Of a stretch of DNA of 64,000 bases, positions 13,020 through 23,477 are shown piece by piece. The notes beneath the pieces are model-generated. The model ran no database searches. It saw nothing but the letters and a program-made list of their open reading frames with translations, and was not told where the DNA came from. How positions within the stretch are numbered: the first letter of the stretch is position 1; the number at the start of each line of letters is the position of its first letter. This stretch comes from Macrostomum lignano (taxonomy: Eukaryota), in assembly GCA_002269645.1 (NCBI GenBank), contig NIVC01003304.1:41016-105015 (forward strand). The letters are read 5' to 3'. The translations under genes and the position numbers were made by a program.

Positions 13020-13845
13020 GGATGCCAGCTACAGAGGAGATGCCAGCTACAGAGGAGATGCCAGCTACAGAGGAGATGCCAGCTACAGAGTGGATGCCAG
13101 CTACAGAGGGGATGCCAGCTACAGAGGAGATGCCAGCTACAGAGGAGATGCCAGCTACAGAGGAGATGCCAGCTACAGAGTGGATGCCAGCTACAGAGGA
13201 GATGCCAGCTACAGAGGAGATGCCAGCTACAGAGGAGATGCCAGCTACAGAGTAGATGCCAGCTACAGAGGGGATGCCAGCTACAGAGGGTATAACAGGT
13301 ACAGAGGGTATGCCAGGTACAGAGGGTATAACAGGTACAGAGTGGATGCCAGCTACAGAGGGGATGCCAGCTACATTGAGGATGCCAGCTACAGAGGAGA
13401 TGCCAGCTACAGAGGAGATGCCAGCTACAGAGGGGATGCCAGCTACAGAGTGGATGCCAGCTACAGAGGGGATGCCAGCTACAGAGGGGATGCCAGCTAC
13501 AGAGGGTATAACAGGTACAGAGGGTATGCCAGGTACAGAGGGTATAACAGGTACAGAGTGGATGCCAGCTACAGAGGGGATGCCAGCTACAGAGGAGATG
13601 CCAGCTACAGAGGAGATGCCAGCTACAGAGGGGATGCCAGCTACAGAGGGGATGCCAGCTACAGAGGAGATGCCAGCTACAGAGGAGATGCCAGCTACAG
13701 AGGAGATGCCAGCTACAGAGTAGATGCCAGCTACAGAGGGGATGCCAGCTACAGAGGGTATAACAGGTACAGAGGGTATGCCAGGTACAGAGGGTATAAC
13801 AGGTACAGAGGGTATGCCAGGTACAGAAGGGATACCAGCTACAGA
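13020..13845 (+). repeat. 18-bp minisatellite (GATGCCAGCTACAGAGGA) with recurrent TATAACAGGT variant blocks
   Basis: About 45 units. Confidence 0.95.
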
Positions 13846-14279
13846 CTATAAGCTAGCTGACAACCAAATTTAGTAGATATTCAAGCAGCAAGAATACCGC
13901 GGGCAAATGGCGTGGCGAAACAAAAGTCCAGAACTGGCAATTCTCGTGCTTCCGCAAGATTTGGATGTTGATAAGGGATGACTCAAAATAAAGCGCTTTA
14001 TTGACTTACAACCTGTAAGCTGGAAATATCATTACAACAGTGACTTTTATGGACCTAAAGCGTTGGGGGCTCCGATCGAATTTTTATTACAACACCAATC
14101 AATTTTACTGTCTAGAAGATTTTGCTTACTGTTAGTAGTGCAGTAGGGTTTTATCAAGTAAAAGTACGAGCGTATCAGGTAAATTAAAAAGCAGTTCTTA
14201 GAAATTCATATAAAACCTAAAATTAAAGGTGAAGTTTTTTTCCAAGACACGTCACCCGAGCATTGGAGGGTCTAGGCAG

Positions 14280-14842
14280 AATACAGATTGCACTATCCCA
14301 ACCATAGGCAAAGGGGAACAATACCTAATACAGATTGCGCTATTCCAACCATAGACAAAGGGGAACAATACCTAATACAGATTGCACTATCCCAACCATA
14401 GACAAAGGGGAAACAATACCTAATACAGTTTGCAATATCCCAACCATAGACAAAGGGAAACAATACCTAATACAGATTGCACTATCCCAACCATAGACAA
14501 AGGGAAACAATACCTAATACAGATTGCACTATCCCAACCATAGACAAGGGGGAACAATACCTAATACAGATTGCACTATCCCAACCATAGACAAAGGGAA
14601 ACAATACCTAATACAGATTGCACTATCCCAACCATAGACAAGGGGGAACAATACCTAATACAGATTGCACTATCCCAACCATAGACAAAGGGGAACAATA
14701 CCTAATACAGATTGCACTATCCCAACCATAGACAAAGGGGAACAATACCTAATACAGATTGCACTATCCCAACCATAGGCAAAGGGGAACAATACCTAAT
14801 ACAGATTGCACTATCCCAACCATAGACAAAGAGGAACAATAC
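14280..14842 (+). repeat. 47-bp tandem repeat (AATACAGATTGCACTATCCCAACCATAGACAAAGGGGAACAATACCT)
   Basis: About 12 near-identical units. Confidence 0.95.
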
Positions 14843-15326
14843 ATATTTCGACTTTGACTACTGCAAATATCTTTAACAATGGATAAATAATCAGCGGTCC
14901 CAGTGCGTGACAACGATTTCCCCAGAAGAGAAATTTGTCCCACGAATCAAAATGCAATCGTTAAAGTGAAGTCACAGGCCAAATTTCTATTCTTGGCTAA
15001 GGGAAGAAGGATTGCCTTCCTTGCAGAGCCGTACTCGGGGTTGCCCTTGGTAACTGACTGGCATGCAGTGTACATTTAGTGCGCGCACAACTGTACTGTA
15101 CACTCAGCGAGAGAAGAAGCGCTTCCTACCCCACACGAGTACACGCCTCACAGAATTTCACTCCATTTCGTCATTGCATTCTCGCCAGCCCCTATTGCTT
15201 TGCATAGAGCAATGCCAGAGTGATGAAGTACAAAAGAGGAGGCTGAGAGGGCGATTGTTTACTGACTGACACGTCAAAGTTGCATTTTTTGATTGCGCCA
15301 CGTGAGGCAAGGCGGGAGGCTAAGGC

Positions 15327-15334
15327 TATATAAA
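15327..15334 (+). promoter_or_regulatory. TATA box (TATATAAA), with CACGTG E-box at 15299-15304, upstream of the vWA gene
   Basis: Consensus motifs about 115-145 bp upstream of ATG 15446. Confidence 0.5.
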
Positions 15335-15445
15335 ACTAAGGGAAAGAAGAAGGCCAGACGACCCGAACGACAGAAGCAAAATCGCGATAAAACACCCTGA
15401 CTACAAAGCTGTTCTGAAAGACATCTGCTGTTCAATCAAATTATA

Positions 15446-17183
15446 ATGGTCCGCGGACGCGGAGCTCTCAGAGGGCGCGGCGGAAGGGGTCGCGGTCGAG
15501 GTGGCGGTCGAGGCGGCGGTCGAGGCAGCAGTCGAGGCGGCAGTCGAGGCGGAGGCCGCCCGCAGCAGCCGGCCGCTGACGAGGAGTGGACGGCGGACAA
15601 GGCGGACCAGGCGCTCGACATTGCGGGCGACAGCAGCGCCTTTTTCCTCGGCGTGACCAGCTTCGAGCAGCACACGAGGGCGCAGACCAGCAATCGGAGT
15701 CGCTACGCGGCAGCCATCGCCGTGCTCACCAAATCCGGGGTCGAGATCAATCAGAACGCGCGAGTCCGTGCTCTCGCTGCCGCCTGGGCTCGCAACGACC
15801 CCGCGCTGGCTGACGGACTGCTCAAGCTCCGAGGCAGCTTCGGTGTAGCCGAGGTGCTCAAGGCGGCTACCATGCTGGACTCGGGACGAAAGATTCGAGA
15901 GTGGGAGAAGCGCCTCGCCAAGGCGCAGAGCCAGCCCGGAGGAGCAAAGAAGAAGTTCGTCAGCAAGGTCAAGTACAACATTGACAACCTGTCGGCCATT
16001 CGACCGGCTCAAGGCTCGGCTAGCGGAGCATTCTGCCGACACGTGAAGCGCTGGGTGCGCACCTTCTCCCTCGCCGAGCTCGACTCCGTGGAAGAAGCTT
16101 GCCGACATTTGCCACCTGAGCCCGTCGATTGACTTTCCTGCGGCGCCCTGGTTCCTGCCGTTCTGCTTCGGTGCCGAAGCTCCGGATGGGACGCTCGCCA
16201 AGCAGTGCTCCATCATCACCCCGGAGAATGTGAACGAGATCCTAGCCGAGCGAGCGCTGCCCTTTTCTGAAATTCGTCGCTTCCTTGAGCACATGAGCAA
16301 CCAAACGAAAGCTCGAGTTGTGCGCAACGACGACCGAGTGGATCGCGGCATCTGGTGGTACGAAGACGTCAAGTGTCCCGAGGTCGATGCGGCCATCGAG
16401 GAGCGACTGCGCAACGGAGAAAAGGTCACGCTCACCTACGGCAAGCTGATGGAACGTTTGCTGCTCTTCTCTGGCATGTCTCCCGTGCCCAGCTTCTACC
16501 CGATGCTCATCCCAGTCGCGGAGCACAAGCTGCAGGAGACCACTCTCAACCTCGAGTCTCCGGTCGTCGTCATTGGCGACGCCTCGTCTTCGATGAATGT
16601 CGCCATCCGCACCGCCACCATCATCTCGTCTCTGCTGTCGGCCATCATCAAGTGCGACCTGATCTTCTTCAACGTCAAGTCGTGGAGCCCCGAGGCCAAT
16701 CCTCGAACCATCGAAGAGGTCCTGAGTCTGGCTCGCAGCACAAAGGCATCAGGCTGCACTGCTCATGCCGCAGCTCTGTATCCGTACTACGAGCGCAAGG
16801 AGATTGTTCGCACTTTTATCGTAGTCACGGATGAGGAAGAGAACACCGACTTCCAGGGAACTCGTTTTTTTCCCCTGTTTGAGCGCTACCGACAAGAAGT
16901 GTTCGACGCGAAACTCGTGTTCGTGTCTTTCCTGCGTCAGCAGCACTCCAGGGGCCAGATGGTGTACAAGGCGGCCGAGCTGGGACTCAACGTGCAGCAG
17001 TTTGTGCTCAACGGAAGCCGGCCCGACCTCAACAAGCTCGACAGCATACTCGGTCGGCTAGGCGTCCAGTGCAGCACCTTCGAGGAGGAGGTGCAGAAGA
17101 TGACCGACCGGATCGGCACAGAGGGTCTTCGCGAGGTTTTCGACCAGCTGTTCGGCAGCGACTCCAGCTTTGACGAGCTTTGA
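15446..17183 (+). CDS. Intronless RGG-rich, helical plus C-terminal vWA (MIDAS) protein of Ro60/TROVE-like architecture; one frameshift near 16085
   Basis: ORF 15446-16132 joins the downstream frame (PWKKLADICHLSP..., open 16047-17183). MIDAS-type motifs GDASSSM, SGCT and FIVVTDEE parallel Ro60 DVSASM, GGTD and FIVFTDNE. N-terminal GRG/RGG tract. Confidence 0.65.
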
Positions 17184-17872
17184 TCGCGTGTCCAATGTCT
17201 TTTAGTTAGATAGACAATTTGCAAGGCCATTAGTGTGAAATCTTTGACTTGCTTGACACGTCCCCATTCATACTATTCACCTCCAGTATGTACTATGCAC
17301 TTTATATTTTCACTTTTGTTAAACATAATATTTTCTCTAGCCACTGTGTTCCCCTTCAAGCGTGTGATCTGGCCAATTTATTTACATTGTTGTGTTACTC
17401 GCAGTTAAAGAAAAGTGCTATAATAAGAAGCACTCGTCACGGATGGCCTGCTGGGCGTACCATATTACGTGCCATCATAGATCGAAAGATTGTTTTTGTG
17501 TTTGTTACTCCCTGTTCAGTGTCAGAGGAAATTTTTTATATTTTAAGAATTCGAAATTCTAAGTAAACAGTCTAGCAAAATACTATCACAATAGTACTGG
17601 GATTCGGATAACTGGGATTTTGAGACACATGGGACTTCGACGGACTCGGACTTATACGAACTGGGACTTATACGAACTGTTGAAACAAGCTAAGGAGGCA
17701 AAGAAGCTTAGCTAATTTAACTAGCACTTCAACATAAAACAAGCGAGAAGTAGCTTACTCTCTGACTTGTAACAATAGAAAATTGACAAGATAATTCGGC
17801 AGAACGGGATCGATTTAGATGTCAGGAATTCAGATGATTACTGTACAGAGTAACAGTAAGTCGACTGTACAA

Positions 17873-19598
17873 TCAGTTCCCCGCGGCAGTGTGCCAGCTC
17901 TGAAAGCAAGGAGCTGCGCAAAGTCCAGGCTCTCCAGGGCAAGCATCACACACGTAGACAGTTCGCTTGGCCGAGCCGTTTCCATAGCAGACTCTGCACC
18001 GCTTAGTCGGTCTCATATTGGCCTCTGTCGGTGGTAGTTTGGATGGGGTATGCAGCGAGGCAGCTCGACGCTTCGATGTGTTCTGCCGCTTGCCCCGACC
18101 CGTCTGCTTCATCAGAAGGCGGATCGTAGCCTCCAAGAAGTCTAAGAACTTCATGCAGTTGCCAGAATGGCAGTAACAAATCCAAGCATTGCGCACCAAC
18201 TGAAGCAAAATATGAAACCCGAGCTTCTGGTGCCACCTGTGCGTCCTTCTTCCTGCACTGTAGGGTTGTAGCGCTGCGTCAAGGCGATCGACGCCTCCCA
18301 TACTCTTGTTGTACTGCAGCACTGAGTTGGGCTTCAAAACTGTCTCCACTACGCCGCCTCGAATTACTCGCCTCACTTCCGTGCTTCCAGCAACGCCGTG
18401 GGTGTCCAAAAGGTAGACAGTTTTGCGACCACTGGCCTTTCTGTCAACGAGCTTGACGGCAAGAACATCGCCTCGGCGCACGTGAGAGTGACTTATGGGT
18501 TGCAGTGCCAGCACCTTTAGCTCGTTGGGGATGCCTCGGTCGACTCTCACGGCTCCTGTCAGCATAGTATTACGTTCGAGCAGAAACTGAGCTAGGCGAA
18601 GCGACGTTAACCAGCTGTCACAATAGATCCTGCAGCCCAAGCCCAGCAAGTCCTTGCTTAGCTCGGCAACAATCTTTTCACTGAAAGATAAATTCCCGCA
18701 GTTCACTACTTCTCCAAACCTGTTGTTGTCCTGCTTGACAGCATGCACACGGAAGTTCCACAGAAATCCGGTGGAAGCCTCTGTGAGACAGTAGACCTTT
18801 ATGCCGAACCTGGCGCGCTTGTTGGGCATGAACTGTCGGAAAATGAGTCTGCCTTTGTACATGACCAACTCTTCATCTACTGAAACGTCCTGATTCGGGC
18901 CGTAGTTGGCTTGGCAAATACCACGCGCAATGTCTAAAAATGGCCTGATTTTCTTCAGGGAATCCTGGTGATTATTTACTGCGGTGCAGTCGTAGAATCG
19001 GAGGAATGACAAGAGCTAAATGAACCGATCCCTTCCGAGGCAATGCTCTTTTTGAAAATATTCACCACCGTAGAAATCGCTAGTCGACCAATACATGTGC
19101 AATTCGGGCTTCTTCACTAGACCCATGTACAGGACGATGGTGAGACATTTCCTCACTTCGTTGTCGGTGCATGGTGCATGGAAGAGGTTCAGCAGCCTCA
19201 ATTGCCATGTTTTGGAGCTCGAAATCAGCTCGAGCATTGGTCCAAAATCGAATGGCAGACACCAGATCAGAGGTAATAAAGTGCTGGAGGAAGAATTCGA
19301 TCCGAGACATTGTGTTATCCGACGCTTGGGCTAATACTGTAGATCCGGGTTCAGACCGGGCACTCTGAGGAATTCTGGCGCATCCCGGAGACGCGAGTCT
19401 TCACCCTCCTGAACAAAATTCCATTCATTTTCAATCAAACAAAGCTTCTTCTACCTGAGAGCCTTCCACGTCACTTTGGCCATCTTCTTCATCCACCTCG
19501 CCATCAATGCTTGCGTACTCGCTGGCGCTGTTATCACTGGTCAAAGCCGGTGAGTCGTCAAGAAAGGCAACGGCATCCTCATGAAAGTTGCTAGCCAT
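17873..19598 (-). mobile_element. Decayed piggyBac (PGBD-type) transposase
   Basis: DDD motifs VSVDEELV, IYCDSWLTS and MGGVDRLD. C-terminal Cys-rich domain CRVC...CDAC...LC..PCF..WH. Acidic N-terminus from ATG 19598. In-frame TAG at 19018-19016, a 7-bp duplication at 19168-19181 and further shifts near 19330 and 19430. TIRs and TTAA target site not identified. Confidence 0.9.
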
Positions 19599-20544
19599 TT
19601 ATACTTGTCTAGAAGGATTTGATTAGAACCGGGATTGAAAGCAGTAATAAGGTAGCCTAGGGACAAAAAAATGTATGAGTTATAAAATCGTAAAGTTTTA
19701 AGCTTGGTTTTTGAAAAAAAATACTGTAAAAGAAAAGCAAGAGGGGTCGATATTGGCCATAGACAGTCTCCAGGATAGGGCTGCGTAAAATGACTCGATT
19801 GATGGAAAAAGAAGCTGCCAAGTTAGCCAGTCTGTGCTAATAGTTTATGTAATTAGCCGTTTGATGACACAGTGCTCATTGACAGTGGGGACGAGTTTGA
19901 TGAGCCATGGCACGCCTAGCGTGCCATCCGTTGATTGGGACCGTGTGGCTATAGAAGCCCCGTGCACTAGTGGTTATAAGCTGTTCGCGTATCGTAATGG
20001 ACCAGTGGATTCACTGCTGCTGTTGGTTTCGTTTCTTTCTCAATCTCAAAGTTGAAGACAGCTTCACACTGTTACATATGAGGTACACTTGAAAGTTCTA
20101 AAAAGCATCGGGTTGGTGACGGAATGCTTGAGAGACTAGTTGAGGACGCTCAGAAATTTAATTTTGCCCACCGTCTAGGCTCGATCCGTCTGGGTGAAAG
20201 TCGGTCGCCTTCGAAGACAGAGATAATGTAGATTCTGTACACATGTGGTCGAAGTGCTGATGAAATTTAGAGGCTTGGCAAGGCTGCACTGAGGTGCAGT
20301 GCTGATTGGCGCACAGGGGTGCATTAGTCACGACCTCCAGATACCATGAAGATCTCCAGAAAAAAACTTGAAGTCTGCTTTGATGCTTGCTACTGAAAAT
20401 ATTAACAGAATAATTATTGTCAAAGTTGTATGGGACCGATAGTTCCAGTAAAAGTTTCCAGATATCAATCAAAATCTGGGCTTGATGACGACTTTGACAA
20501 TCCAGCAGCTTCCGCGTCTTCAATGAGTTTCCGTGTTCGCGCCA

Positions 20545-21105
20545 CTGACAATGTGACCCTGCTGTATGATACTGACAATGTGCTCCTGCTGTATGATACT
20601 GACAATGTGATCCTGCTGTTGTGTGATACTGTCAATGTGATCCTGCTGTTGTGTGATACTGACAATGTGATCCTGCTGTTGTGTGATACTGTCAATGCGC
20701 TCCTGCTGTTGTGTGATACTGTCAATGTGATCCTGCTGTTGTGTGATACTGTCAATGCGCTCCTGCTGTTGTGTGATACTGTCAATGCGCTCCTGCTGTT
20801 GTGTGATACTATCAATGTGATCCTGCTGTTGTGTGATACTGACAATGTGATCCTGCTGTTGTGTGATACTGTCAATGCGCTCCTGCTGTTGTGTGATACT
20901 GTCAATGCGCTCCTGCTGTTGTGTGATACTGACAATGTGATCCTGCTGTTGTGTGATACTGACAATGCGCTCCTGCTGTATGATACTGACAATGTGATCC
21001 TGCTGTTGTGTGATACTGTCAATGTGCTCCTGCTGTTGTGTGATACTGTCAATGTGCTCCTGCTGTTGTGTGATACTGTCAATGTGATCCTGCTGTTGTG
21101 CTGCT
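20545..21105 (+). repeat. 30-bp (27-bp variant) minisatellite TCCTGCTGTTGTGTGATACTGTCAATGTGA
   Basis: About 19 units. Confidence 0.95.
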
Positions 21106-22149
21106 GACAAGCACAGAGAAAAGCTCGTCGGTAATATCTTATTTATTTCCCAGAGCAATTCTCATGGGTTTAAAACCCCTTGATTTTTTGAAATCCTTTT
21201 TGGTTTCACCGAATGCCACTTGGCAGCTGTCGAGTGTTGAGTCGCTAGGGAAATCACGTGAAAGTCGATCACCCACCAATTCGCCCTCGTTCTGTCACCT
21301 GTTGCTGTAAACTATGCAGACATTTTGGCAAGCCACGGTGACAGACACAAATGACTGACACAAGGCAAGAGCCGGCTTGAGCTGTTTTTCAATTTTGTGT
21401 TAATGCATTTTAAACGGATGAAAATGTTGCGAGACTTGCACAGATTTATTTAATATTGAACTCAATTTAATTTATCATGCCTAGTCAAATTTCTTCGAGC
21501 ATAATCGTACACAAAAAGGCCGAATTATCAAAGGCAGAAAAACTTCATTAATTTGGAATGATAGTTGCAAATAATATTTCAATATAAAATTGTTGAAAAC
21601 ATTAGCAAAACATCACTTTATACTATAATTCAATAGCTACTTAGGGTTCTGCCACTGCGTATGTACAACAAGGATGCTTAGTTATAAGTATGAAACATCA
21701 TAGGGAATGGTCAGACTCATATGGAATGTTTGCGCACGGACTTGCATAACAAGTTAGACATGTACACACTAATTTAGCTCCTAGGATGTTGTCAACATGC
21801 AGCATTCAGGCTGGAAATAGTTCATACTTTATAAGAAATAGCATTTCATTATTGACTACTCGTAAAGAAATTCCGCCCTAGCATTGGCTCTTTGTTTAAC
21901 TAAAGTATACTCAATATAGACTTAACGTAAATAACAAAGCATTTGAGTTGAAAACAGGCAACAATAGTTATAAAACTGAATTTTTTATACCAAAAATAAA
22001 TGACATTATTCGCCAATAACATTACCAGGGTATGTTTAGATAATAAATTTATTAGATAAGAGTTTAAGATAAGTAAATTGGCATTCCCATGCAATCATTT
22101 AGTTGGCTTTTTGTTACCTGTGAAAGTCTGCTGCCTGTCTTCTATGATC

Positions 22150-22855
22150 TAAACTGTCTGTAGTCTGAACTGTCTATGGCCTAAACTGTCTAAGGTCCAA
22201 ACTACTATCTATGGCCTAAACTGTCTGTAGTCTGAACTGTCTATGGCCTAAACTGTCTAAGGTCCAAACTACTATCTATGGCCTAAACTGTCTACAGTCT
22301 AAACTACTATCTATTGCCTAAACTCTCTACAGTCTAAGCTACTATCTATGGCCTAAACTGTCTACAGTCTAAACTACTATCTATGGCCTAAACTGTCTAC
22401 AGTCTAAGCTACTATCTATTGCCTAAACAGTCTACAGTCTAAACTACTATCTATGGCCTAAACTGCCTACAGTCTAAACTACTATCTATGGCCTAAACTG
22501 TCTACAGTCTAAACTACTATCTATGGCCTAAACTGTCTACTGTCTAAACTACTATCTATGGCCTAAACTGTCTACAGTCTGAACTACTATCTATGGCCTA
22601 AACTGTCTACAGTCTAAGCTACTATCTATGGCCTAAACAGTCTACAGTCTAAGCTACTATCTATGGCCTAAACAGTCTACAGTCTAAGCTACTATCTATG
22701 GCCTAAACTGTCTACAGTCTAAGCTACTATCTATTGCCTAAACAGTCTACAGTCTAAGCTACTATCTATTGCCTAAACAGTCTACAGTCTAAACTACTAT
22801 CTATGGCCTAAACTGTCTACAGTCTAAACTACTATCTATGGCCTAAACTGCCTAC
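22150..22855 (+). repeat. 35-bp minisatellite ACTACTATCTATGGCCTAAACTGTCTACAGTCTAA
   Basis: About 20 units just 3' of the lachesin-like stop codon. Confidence 0.95.
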
Positions 22856-22931
22856 GAGCTGAAATGTCTATGACTTTAACTTCCAAAGGCTCAATTCATT
22901 CAATAGTTTTAAACAAACGCAGTCCACAGAA

Positions 22932-23387
22932 TCACAGGAGGCGTCGCATCATAAAAGCCGCAATTGCCAAGCCGCTAATAACAGCACAGGAACCAGCAGA
23001 GCGGTGCCCAGCGCCAGGTGAATTAGCCGACTGTTCAACACTAGTGCCGAAGCACAACGGACCCTGGCAGACCTCCTCATTAGCCAGTTTCAGTACGGCA
23101 GCGTCCACACCGTATTTATTCTTAGCCACGCAGGTGTAATTGCCCAGGTGAGTGTCGCGCACATTCTTAATGCGCAGAGCGTAGAAGAATTCGTACACGT
23201 GAGTGCCGGCTGCACCTTGACTGCGCAGGCGCTCAACTGAGAAGGGGAACTGGTTCTTGATCACCTGGCTATCCGGCAGCGGCTGATCTGGCCTTGGAAT
23301 CACCGTGCCGCTGTAGAAAGTCACCTCCGGGTCGGGGTAGCCGGTTGAGACGCATTCCAGTGTGATCTCGTAGTTCCGCTCGGGGGC
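22932..23387 (-). CDS. Lachesin/IgLON-like protein, last exon (Ig3 + GPI-anchor signal)
   Basis: Acceptor cttcag|, phase 0. LEC...GYP, HLGNYTCVAKNKYG Ig motif. Hydrophobic C-terminus AVISGLAIAAFMMRRLL*. Confidence 0.85.
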   Translation of the reverse strand, partial: APERNYEITLECVSTGYPDPEVTFYSGTVIPRPDQPLPDSQVIKNQFPFSVERLRSQGAAGTHVYEFFYALRIKNVRDTHLGNYTCVAKNKYGVDAAVLKLANEEVCQGPLCFGTSVEQSANSPGAGHRSAGSCAVISGLAIAAFMMRRLL

Positions 23388-23477
23388 CTGAAGTGAGAGG
23401 GGGCGACCTTGGATTAGCACCAGGCATCAGGATCTCAAGTTGAATAGACGGCACGCTCATGGGATCCGAAGTAAAGA

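Noticed and set aside
13090-13851. ORF encoding many RGD motifs (RGDASY)n, suggestive of an integrin-binding or adhesive protein
   Set aside because: It is a reading of an 18-bp minisatellite that is open in several frames (also MPATEE). There is no signal peptide, splice context or unique flanking coding sequence.
14280-14842. Regular 47-bp repeats (and the 30-35-bp arrays) superficially CRISPR-like
   Set aside because: Head-to-tail units with no unique spacers, no cas genes, and a eukaryotic intron-exon context.
15401-16435. 344-aa minus-strand ORF, plus other antisense ORFs over the PTP exons (36307-37356, 39573-40091)
   Set aside because: Antisense shadows of GC3-rich coding exons.
17540-20160. 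TTAA sites flanking the piggyBac ORF as candidate target-site duplications
   Set aside because: None is followed by matching inverted terminal sequences, so element ends were not called.
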